From: Amphiscolops sp. MND2022
Taxonomy: Eukaryota
DNA: 64,000 bases
Assembly: GCA_964187785.1 (NCBI GenBank)
Contig: OZ076409.1
Span: forward strand, 7,876,001-7,940,000
Direction of reading: 5' to 3'
Part shown: piece by piece, positions 54,583 to 64,000 of the stretch
How the letters are laid out: each line of letters begins with the position of its first letter
Position numbering within the stretch: the stretch's first letter is position 1
The notes under the pieces: model-generated
The model's input: the letters and a program-made list of their open reading frames with translations, nothing else
Told to the model about the DNA's origin: nothing
Database searches by the model: none
Program-made: the position numbers and the translations under genes

Positions 54583-54972
54583 TTATCTGCAGCTACAAGT
54601 GAGGTGGAACTCCAAGACCTTGTGTTGAGATAACTTCGGAACAGGATTTTGCCGTAAGTGAGGTGGAACTCCAAGACCTTCTTCAAAATCCTTAGCTTCA
54701 ATCGTGAGTGAGGTGGAACGCCAAGACCTTCGTTGAAGCGTTCCAATCGTGCGTGAGGTGAGACTCCAAGACCGTCGTTGGAACAAACTGTTGCAATCGC
54801 GAGTGAGGTGACTCCAAGACCTCCGTTGTGGCACCCGTTCTCGAACCCTGTTCAATCGTGCGTGAGGTGAGAATCCAAGACCGTCGTTGAACATTCTTGT
54901 ACTCTTAATCGTGCGTGAGGTGTTGGACTCCAAGACCGTCGTTAGGATACAATTGCTTTCACTCCAAGACCG
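54583..54972 (+). ncRNA. Array of seven structured RNA hairpins plus a partial eighth motif, with a conserved apex, in the 5' LTR
   Basis: Core GTGAGGT(G/R)nACTCCAAGACC at 54599, 54658, 54708, 54753, 54803, 54862 and 54915, each closed by a different complementary stem. Confidence 0.75.
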
Positions 54973-55396
54973 ATAGAGATTTGCGGCGAGTTGCTTTATT
55001 CGATATATTACTGATATCACTCCCTATCCTCACGGATAACCAAAATCAACACCTTGCTAGAACCCTGCTTATTAATTGTCTGTGTTATATGCCTTCTAGT
55101 ATTAACCGTAATATTCACCGTATTTATCGATGTTACCTCATAGTACATTCTATTATTCGTGGTTGTGAAATTGTGTTTGTGTCTATTAATTGTCTTATTT
55201 TATTATTTTGTATTAATTGATGTTCAAACTGCTCTTTTCATTCGCGAAAAGACCCCCTCGTATTTTTAACAGCCTAAGAGTAGCGAGACAAACCCCTGAA
55301 AGAGGGAAAAATAGCAAAGTTGTAAAGATCGTGATTTCCTTGTCACACTTACCCCCACCGCCTTCGATTAAGTTGATTCGTCTCTTCTTCGGAGTT

Positions 55397-55402
55397 AATA
55401 AA
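55397..55402 (+). terminator. Candidate polyadenylation signal in LTR
   Basis: AATAAA ~120 nt before the LTR end (also at 60543 in the 3' LTR). Confidence 0.4.
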
Positions 55403-55523
55403 AATTTATGTAGATACTCAGCCAGTCCTTGTCTCGTGCATGGTACCTACGGGTTTAATTGAGTTGTAGTGGAGCTATTCTCAACAAATAGTTAAAGCTA
55501 CTGGAAAACTAAAAATCTTACAT

Positions 55524-55542
55524 TGGCGCTCCTGGGTGGGCT
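55524..55542 (+). promoter_or_regulatory. Primer-binding site (tRNA-Asn-like)
   Basis: TGGCGCTCCTGGGTGGGCT, 1 nt after the LTR; its complement AGCCCACCCAGGAGCG-CCA resembles the animal tRNA-Asn 3' end. Confidence 0.8.
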
Positions 55543-55634
55543 TTCTTTGCGTCTTTGTTATTTCCTCTTTCTTTGCTTACTTCTTTCCCATAGCTTCCCT
55601 TCACCCCTTGTGAGTTGCTGAACTCTTCTTGACG

Positions 55635-56897
55635 ATGTCTGGAGACGACGACAACGATCAGCAGATTTCCCCCGCCACCCAAGAAGATCCCAACGGCACC
55701 CACACTCCCGTCACAGGTGGTAGTAAACCACTCCTCAGTAAGTCCACTAAATTTTCCTTCGTAGGATTGGCCGACACGGAAAAGGAGTGTAAACGAGATG
55801 CTTATCGGCGATTGAAAGAAATGGAAAAAGAAGTTAAAAGATTCAAAATTGAAGCAGACCTAGATTCTGACGACTCCATGGTTCTTGAAAATGAATCCAA
55901 AAGAAGACAAAAACCTTTATATGAAAAATCACCAATAAAACCTGAAAAATTCCCTAGTAAGGACTATAACCGCTGGGAAAATTGGATAAAACACTTCAAG
56001 GCAGTTGCTAAAGCCAATGGATGGAATGATGGTCAAAAAATTGCAGCAATGCCTACTTGTTTAACATCATGGGCCATTGAAGAATTCGAAACTATCCCCC
56101 GAAGGTATATCGAAAAAGAACCAGGTTGTTATTCGCCGCGGTTTGACGAACTTCTTGAGGTTCTTAAACCCAAAATGCAACAGTATCGCAGTCAGCGAGC
56201 CACGCGGGCCGAATTTAAAGCCGTTAAACAATGGGAAAATGAGAACCTAAGAGAATTCTCGAGAAGAGTACGTCACCTCGCCGATATAGCCTTTCCTGAG
56301 AAACCCCTCCGGGAAAGAGAACGCGACATGAGAGATCAATTTATCGAAGGACTTTTTGATTCGCGGGTGCAAATCAATTTGTATGAAGACGAGCGTGACC
56401 GTGACTTCGGTGAAACTTTGCAACGTGCACAGGAACTCGAAATAATCCACAAGACTCAAGAATCGAGAAAAGACCGGAAATTCGATAAACTCCGCTACTC
56501 ACAAAATGATCTCGAGTATTCCGATACAGTAAGAGCTGGCTATTCAAACAATAACCAAATTGAAGAAAAATTTGCAGCTATAGAAACATCGTTAATCAAT
56601 GTGGCAAGTCGTTTTGATCGTTTCGAAAATTCAATTTGTCAACACATCTCCAAGCAAACTGAACAAATCTCGAAACTAGCCAACTCAACAACCAGCCAAA
56701 TTGAAACCCTCGTGCAAAGTATAAAAGACATGTCATCTGCGATGGTAGGAGCGGCGGGAAGTTCGCAACAGTCGGCTGGTGGGCAGTCTCAAAATGTAAA
56801 AATAACCCAACCCCCGCCTGAAGAAGCAGAATGCTTTCATTGCAAATCATATGGCCACTACGCTCGACAGTGCCCGAACAGAACCAAGTCAAAATAA
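55635..56897 (+). CDS. gag: Gag protein (420 aa): capsid, coiled coil, C-terminal CCHC knuckle
   Basis: KPEKFPSKDYNRWENWIKHFKAVAKANGW...QWENENLREFSRRV...DQFIEGL and CFHCKSYGHYARQCP; uninterrupted ORF. Confidence 0.93.
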   Translation: MSGDDDNDQQISPATQEDPNGTHTPVTGGSKPLLSKSTKFSFVGLADTEKECKRDAYRRLKEMEKEVKRFKIEADLDSDDSMVLENESKRRQKPLYEKSPIKPEKFPSKDYNRWENWIKHFKAVAKANGWNDGQKIAAMPTCLTSWAIEEFETIPRRYIEKEPGCYSPRFDELLEVLKPKMQQYRSQRATRAEFKAVKQWENENLREFSRRVRHLADIAFPEKPLRERERDMRDQFIEGLFDSRVQINLYEDERDRDFGETLQRAQELEIIHKTQESRKDRKFDKLRYSQNDLEYSDTVRAGYSNNNQIEEKFAAIETSLINVASRFDRFENSICQHISKQTEQISKLANSTTSQIETLVQSIKDMSSAMVGAAGSSQQSAGGQSQNVKITQPPPEEAECFHCKSYGHYARQCPNRTKSK

Positions 56898-57476
56898 CAA
56901 CAATTCGTGAATCAGGACAGCAGCGGAGCCGTAGATGATCTTCAATAGTGGCCAAAAGACGACATGATGACCATAAGCTGAAACACGGGAACCCGATGTG
57001 TGAAAAAAGCCTTCCACCGCTAGTACAGTACCCCATACGTGAGATGAAATTTTTCACATTAATAACTTGTATCCAAATCAAACAAATTTACCCCCCCTGT
57101 GTTTTTTTTGCCCCAATGAAAAGCTCGAAAACTATATTTTCTCCTCGCTTGAAAAAAAAATGAAAATAGGAGTAAAGTAATATAGAGTAACTCAAGTGCT
57201 CAAAACATCCTCCAGTCAATTAAAAAATTTTTTTTTCTCGATGGAATTGGAGAGCTTAAGGTGTTATAGTAGGCTTATAATTAATTAAATGGATATTAAT
57301 AGAAAGTGAAGTGATTTAGTATTGTATTTCAAGCACTTGTTTACAAAATAAAAGAGATTAAGTTGATGAAACAAGGCTACATTACAACCTGACTGGACTA
57401 CAAATTAACGAATCAGAACGCCCCTACAATAGGAATAAAATTTAAATAAACCAACTACTCAGGAGAGTAGTAGTCC

Positions 57477-57489
57477 AAGTGGGGGGGAA
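57477..57489 (+). promoter_or_regulatory. Polypurine tract
   Basis: AAGTGGGGGGGAA directly before the 3' LTR TG. Confidence 0.85.
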
Positions 57490-60400
57490 TGTAGGATTTT
57501 TGACTTTTCGCTCATGATTTGGTGTTTATTAAATTTTAGTTCATCAGCAAGGTAGATTTTACGGGGTGATATCGTATAAAAGTAAAGATTACACTAAGTA
57601 CTTCAAGTACCTCGCACTATTATTTAATGTCAATAATATCGTCTCTAGTTCCGCGGACAACCAAAATAACCATTCTTAGCTGCTATGAAGCGACCGCGCA
57701 ACGTATTAATGCAGTGAGACGGCCGCCACCACCTAAACCTATGTAAGAAAATTCTATTCGGAACGAAACTTTAACATTGAATTTCTCAATACCTATTGCG
57801 AATATAAGAAAAATTAAACCACCAAAATGCTCCTTTTCGACCTGACTACGTGTTGAGTAAACATTTAAGAACTTTTCAGAAACGAATTTCCACAGAAAAA
57901 GCATTAGAAGTCATAAAATACTGTGAATAGAAATTTAGTCAAATTACTATGTTAATACATGTGTTTGAGGGTAAGCGAGAGTGAAAACTCCGCCGTGTGC
58001 GTGAACAGCATAGAATGCAACTCACCCAAGCGTGTCAGAAAGCGAAAGGAATGAAAATTAGAACGCGCTGTGAGTGGCTGTACGCGTAGCTAATAAGAAA
58101 ACGGCCGCCGCACACTTTGAATTAATCCCCCCTCTTAATAGAAATAAAAAATCAAAACCCGATTTCTCGAAGATGAAAAAAGATAGCAACAAACGGTTTT
58201 CAGCATTCACAAGCCCATCTAAAGGAGAGCTTAAGTTGAGAATATGAGCGTTGTGCGACCCCGGGAACCTATCGGGGGGAAGCTTTGAAAATAAGTGCAT
58301 TTAAAATTTTGACGATTTTCCAAAATTGAGTTTCGTTTAAAAATTTCGTGTGATCGCTACAGTTGTCAGAAAATGTTCGGATATGGCCTAAATTAAAGAT
58401 AAATGGATGCCTTAACTTGTGTTAATTGGAAAATAAATAATATTCAGTAGTTTTTGAGAACTGAGCCAGCAAACGTTAAAAACAGCCCTAAAATGGCCTA
58501 AAAAACCGTTTTTCGCATGTTATCGCTTAGTACTCAACGTGTAAGCGCACAATAGCCGCCCCCTTCACAGCGTACTTGAGAATTGAAGTGGAGGAGTGAA
58601 TAGAATAATAAATAGAGTGCTGCGGTGCGCTAGCGAAGAACCCCAAAGAATTTAAAGTTGTGATTTCTCTCTGCCGATAGGGATGTCGACCTACCAAAAT
58701 GCTAACCCCCCCCCCGCCGCACGTTTTGGGCGATATCGAACTGAAACTTTCAGGGTAGACGCACAAGACCCAGGCGCACAGCGTTTAGCAGAAGCGTTTT
58801 TCCGAAAAAGGACCTGGTTTTGATATATTGGCCTCCAAAGTTGAAAGTCCAGACATGAAAATCGGGAAAATGACTATTTTCAGAAAAAGTACTATCAAAT
58901 TTTGTTGAGAAAAGATAGAGACCTCATCTAAAGTGCAAAATACTCCTAATGACTTGGGCTAACGTTGTATATAAGCCCCCAGCCTGTATCTTTCAAATTG
59001 ACTGAGTACTAGCACTCCAAAGTTGAGATTTGCGTGAAAACCGATGGGTGATTTTTGACTACCAAACTTTAAAGGCGTTTTTCACTATGAAGGAGTTGAA
59101 ATAGAAAGAAAACCATGGAGTAAATTTTTGTAGCCCACGATTTGTACTTTCAAATGGTGTACTTGGTTTTTGCCCCCCGTGATCGAGACACCTTGTTTTT
59201 GCCCTTAGAATTTGTAACACGAAAATCGACTTTTTTAGATATGAATTAAAATCGCCTTTTAGGTCATTGTAAATTGTAGAAAATTGTTTCCTTCAGCCAT
59301 TTTTAGCTGAAGAGAGTTGTCAGGAACCGCGTGAGAAAAAGAGACCTGGCAAAAAGTGCAAATGTCAATCAGTAAGCCGAAGTTCAAGTCGTGCTTACAA
59401 AAGTGGGAAACACTGAGTCAGTAGCACCACCCCTTAAATTCTATTGAAAACGAAGTAAAACCATCAGTCATGATTGACAAGGAGGTGGAACTAGGACCGA
59501 CTCGTGATGAGAAATGTACTTTTGACGAATCTTCAGTCCCGAAGTAAGGAAAACTGATTTGCTCAACACTTAGTCAGGCCCCCAAAAAGGAAAGATGACA
59601 AATTACGGATACGTAAATGACTAAAGTGCCGAAGAAGTAACTTTGGCCGAAGTGTGTGTCAATTCAGAGACACACACCGTGAGTTACAACCTAGAGAACA
59701 GTTTGACTTATTGTTGTGTCGGCGATTTTTATCTGCAGCTACAAGTGAGGTGGAACTCCAAGACCTTGTGTTGAGATAACTTCGGAACAGGATTTTGCCG
59801 TAAGTGAGGTGGAACTCCAAGACCTTCTTCAAAATCCTTAGCTTCAATCGTGAGTGAGGTGGAACGCCAAGACCTTCGTTGAAGCGTTCCAATCGTGCGT
59901 GAGGTGAGACTCCAAGACCGTCGTTGGAACAAACTGTTGCAATCGCGAGTGAGGTGACTCCAAGACCTCCGTTGTGGCACCCGTTCTCGAACCCTGTTCA
60001 ATCGTGCGTGAGGTGAGAATCCAAGACCGTCGTTGAACATTCTTGTACTCTTAATCGTGCGTGAGGTGTTGGACTCCAAGACCGTCGTTAGGATACAATT
60101 GCTTTCACTCCAAGACCGATAGAGATTTGCGGCGAGTTGCTTTATTCGATATATTACTGATATCACTCCCTATCCTCACGGATAACCAAAATCAACACCT
60201 TGCTAGAACCCTGCTTATTAATTGTCTGTGTTATATGCCTTCTAGTATTAACCGTAATATTCACCGTATTTATCGATGTTACCTCATAGTACATTCTATT
60301 ATTCGTGGTTGTGAAATTGTGTTTGTGTCTATTAATTGTCTTATTTTATTATTTTGTATTAATTGATGTTCAAACTGCTCTTTTCATTCGCGAAAAGACC

Positions 60401-60668
60401 CCCTCGTATTTTTAACAGCCTAAGAGTAGCGAGACAAACCCCTGAAAGAGGGAAAAATAGCAAAGTTGTAAAGATCGTGATTTCCTTGTCACACTTACCC
60501 CCACCGCCTTCGATTAAGTTGATTCGTCTCTTCTTCGGAGTTAATAAAAATTTATGTAGATACTCAGCCAGTCCTTGTCTCGTGCATGGTACCTACGGGT
60601 TTAATTGAGTTGTAGTGGAGCTATTCTCAACAAATAGTTAAAGCTACTGGAAAACTAAAAATCTTACA
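57490..60668 (+). repeat. 3' LTR (3179 bp)
   Basis: Copy of 52346-55522; differences seen are two 1-nt indels and about three substituted bases. Confidence 0.97.
59729..60118 (+). ncRNA. Second copy of hairpin array in 3' LTR
   Basis: Same sequence as 54583-54972, offset +5146. Confidence 0.75.
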
Positions 60669-61447
60669 ATCTCTCTGCACACCAATTCTGGTGCGATTTA
60701 TGAAAAATGGGGTAATTTCTTTTTTTTTCGATTCTAATTCTTTCACGCGCACTCAAACAAGGAAGCTTAATCTCTTCAAAATCACTTCAACTTTTGAACC
60801 AATTGTTGCTGAAATTAACGTTTCTTCTAATGTTTGTCATTCAAAATTGACTCATTTTGTTATCCCCATTTGAATCGGTCGATCACTCGACTGTTCCAAG
60901 AATAAAATAGGCCAAATAAAAATTCTATCCGCGGTCAACGAGTTGATGAAAATGGAATAAAATTAAAACAATCGTTGACAGACAATGTTCGCCGCATGGG
61001 CGTCATGTAACATTTGCTGGAAACTGTATTCAAATGTTCGAATGATAATTTGAAAGGACATATTGTGTTGTATGGAAAATAAATTGGTTAACAGCCGTTG
61101 CGTTTCTCCTACTACTGCTGCTTGTAAAATTTAAAGTTATAGAATTATAGAGTGGAGAACCAGAACCGACCGGCGTTGTTGGTATCATTATTATCATCAT
61201 TATTGGTGCAACCAAAGCCAAGCCGTCGTTACAGGCTGCAGAAAAACTGCAGTGGCTCTGTAAAATTTACACTGCGACTACGGAAGTTGAAGTTGAAGAC
61301 AGAGAACAAGCGATCTTCTCACAGCTTAGAACGCCTCAGTGCAGAATTCGCACCATCGTTCGTTGGAAGTGTTAGCTGGTAGTTGTTAGTTGTTACATCA
61401 TACCAACGCTCTTACCGCTTTTCTCACTTCTCTTCCAAAAAATTCTC

Positions 61448-61488
<41 letters not shown>

Positions 61489-61810
61489 CTTACATTTTGC
61501 AGTTCAGCTAAACTTGCAGTACTTCGCTCCTTCGTCTATAGTTGCTGAATTCTCTCTCAAACCAGAAGCAGCATTTGTTATTACCAGGCCGGAAAAAATT
61601 GAAAACCATTCAAAGTTGAACTACGTACAACATCCATATCCATTTAATATTGAATTTTTTGTTGACCTAATTGGCACTTTTATTTCGAACAACACTTGAA
61701 ATTTTGTCGTCCATTTTGACTGACATGAACTAATTTATTTGTTCTAACTACGAGACATTTATTGTTGTATTGTGAGGAGTTTATTCGTTTGCTCAACAAA
61801 TTTTTGGGAA

Positions 61811-62236
61811 CCCAGTGTGTGAAATATCTTGTAACTCTTGCCAAGAATCTTGCAAATTCCTGAAAGCCTTGGTAAGAATATTGGCGAGATTCTTGCCAAG
61901 AGCGCCAAGAATATGTACGATCTTGCAAGATCTTGCCAAGAACTTCAAGAAAAATGCCGACCGGAAAAACGCACAAAAATGGTTTCTAGTACAAAAAAAT
62001 TCTTCTGGAATGCTACCAGGGTCATTAACTAAAAAGTGACACGTGCAAATTTCATACCCGAAAATGAATTCGAATTTTTCACCTCTTGAATTTCCTGATA
62101 GGAATCTTGACAAAAATTTCATTCTTTTCTATCGGTCCAAGATAATACAAGATCCTATCAAGGGTTTCAAGAGGTAACAGGAATTTGCAAATAAGCCCAA
62201 GATCTTGGCAAGAGTTTCAAGATATTTTACACAGGG
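61811..62236. mobile_element. CCC...GGG-family MITE, 2-bp TSD AA
   Basis: AA|CCCAGTGTGTGAAATATCTTG...CAAGATATTTTACACAGGG|AA; homologous to 23663-24438. Confidence 0.8.
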
Positions 62237-64000
62237 AAGGAATTCACTTTTTTACTAGAAATCTACTCAAAACATGGGGTGTACTTCAAGTACAGAAGTT
62301 GATCCGGCGCCCGCAATTTACGGACAAGAGAACCCGAACGAACCAAACGCGCCACAGCGCAACCAGAATGCCATGAAAAACTCTAAAAAGTAAGTAATGC
62401 AAAGCAGAAACAAAATTTGACCTCTCTACCTCAGATTCAAACTCACTGACAAAATAGATCAGAAAAAAACTCAATAACTTCTTGATTTTGGACTTTTTTC
62501 TGATTTTTAATTCAGAACGGTCAATCGTCATACTTGAAATCAAGTTCTAGGATCGAAAATTTTAACTTTTCAATTTCAACTTTTCAATTTTTTTGACATG
62601 AGTCATATTTTCTGGTGCATCGATTATTGAATTTTCCAGCCGTTCTAAACTACCCTAGTTAAAAAAATTCACGCCTTTAGCAAAATTCTTACAAATAATT
62701 TTGTGAGATCTTGTAAGAAGATGTATTATTTGACACTAACTCGTTCAAGATTCTTGTGAGATTTGCGAATTTTAGCTGAAAACGGTACAAAAAATGCATA
62801 AATTTCACAAAACTTCTGCAAATTTTGCATGAGTCGATTTGAGGAAACTTTGAAAGAACCTTCGCTTTTAGCAACAAAATGACCGTTGAACAAAATGACT
62901 GAAACAGCTGAGAAAAAAAAAGAAAAAGTTCATTTCTATTTGCATTGTAATTCAGTACAACAGTGTAGTTCTATGAACAACCAAAGCAGTTTCTGAGATG
63001 AAGCTACACTTTGCATTTATTCATTCGTAACTGTTTTAATTGTTTTGATCTGTTGATACGATTCTTGCCAAAACTTCTACGACGATTATGAAGTATTGCA
63101 AAATCTACCAAGTGCGTACCCACCCAATAGAAAAACATTCTCGTAGCCTGAAGAATGCTCAACAAGAATGTTTGGTGAAAAATACGGGATAAAATATGCA
63201 ACAAGTAGCCCCCCCCCAACGGAATAATTTGCCACGCAATCTCTTCTACTACTACACTATTTTGAAGCTCAAAAGTAGCCAATGCACTATGAAAATGCAT
63301 ACAAGTTTAGAGGAATGAAAGTTTTCACACTTTTTGATTCATCTTATCCCATTTTTGAAGAAAACACCTGACTTATGAACACACTACGTGGCGAATTGAT
63401 TAGTTGTTGAACTAAGTGAAAACCAGCACCTACCCTACCAAGTTCATGTACAAAAACTCACAAAAAATTCCAAAAAAGGAAAAATTTGATTATTTTGACA
63501 ATTTTGGGTCATTTTGAAGCGCTTTACAACAAAAAACTTACATATAGCTCTTCCACAATGCCTACTGGATAGCGGATTCGGTTGATGCTTGCTATTTACA
63601 CCACTAATCTACGAAATAGAACGAAATCTTTACAAAATATGCATGAAAACTTCAAACACTTTCGTATATTTTTAGGGGTATTAAAGTTTTGTATAGTTGG
63701 CCGCAAAAAAAATGAGACTAGGAAAAATGCATATAAAATTTGAACTACTGAACGTATGAACTTAATAAATGTATGCTTTTGAAGATAAATAAATGGACTA
63801 CAAATAGATAGCTTTAAAGTCTAATTTGTTTTCCTTTTGAAGAAATAACTTCGTTTAAACGAACTGAAACTGAATCGATCAAATTGGACCTCATTTCAGA
63901 TGTCAAAATGTGTTGACTTTCTTCAATTTTTTCTCTCAATTGGGGAACAATTTTCGGGGTTTTCTTCTCAACTTCGTTCTTCAATATCTGCCAAACATTT

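Larger units (their letters stand above)
52346..55522 (+). repeat. 5' LTR (3177 bp)
   Basis: TGTAGGAT...ATCTTACA; near-identical to 57490-60668. Confidence 0.97.
52346..60668 (+). mobile_element. Gag-only non-autonomous LTR retrotransposon (8323 bp), recent insertion
   Basis: TSD ATCTC (52341-52345 / 60669-60673), TG...CA LTRs of 3177 and 3179 bp, PBS, PPT, single gag ORF, no pol. Confidence 0.95.

Noticed and set aside
54597..54972. Bona fide CRISPR array
   Set aside because: Eukaryotic LTR context, no cas genes, degenerate repeats, irregular 45-59 nt period, and the 'spacers' are the paired stems of each unit.
54583..54972. Hammerhead ribozyme or kink-turn identity for the hairpins
   Set aside because: No CUGAUGA/GAAA core and no tandem G-A pair arrangement visible on either strand.
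54513..55020. Antisense ORFs (145 aa and 77 aa) over the array, and their 3' LTR copies
   Set aside because: Repetitive RRSW/VLEFHLT peptides are by-products of the nucleotide repeat; no domain.
56948..57163. pol remnant after gag
   Set aside because: No protease or RT motifs; AT-rich, non-coding character.
52346..60668. Segmental duplication or assembly artefact explaining the 3.2-kb direct repeat
   Set aside because: TG...CA ends, TSD, PBS and PPT sit exactly at the boundaries, and the two copies differ slightly.

Overview
Repeat-rich eukaryotic (probably invertebrate) genomic window with one 200-N assembly gap and no prokaryotic features. Contents from left to right: (1) a minus-strand Ty3/gypsy LTR retrotransposon (1-9966, running off the left edge) with gag, a tandem pseudo-protease plus protease, a dUTPase-like domain and RT-RNaseH-integrase, interrupted by a double fold-back palindrome; (2) a degraded gypsy relic; (3) a host sphingosine-kinase-like gene whose visible intron appears to have been created by a hAT-like MITE (introner-like); (4) many small non-autonomous DNA elements (CCC...GGG/2-bp-TSD family, Helentron/DINE-1-like, Mutator-like, Merlin-like); (5) a decayed GalEa-like Ty1/copia element with 101-bp LTRs and a 5-bp TSD; (6) two decayed CR1/L2-type LINEs; (7) the most striking feature, a very young 8.3-kb gag-only LTR element (52346-60668; ATCTC TSD, tRNA-Asn-like PBS, PPT). 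Its ~3.2-kb near-identical LTRs each carry an array of seven or more hairpins with a conserved apex and different, co-varying stems.
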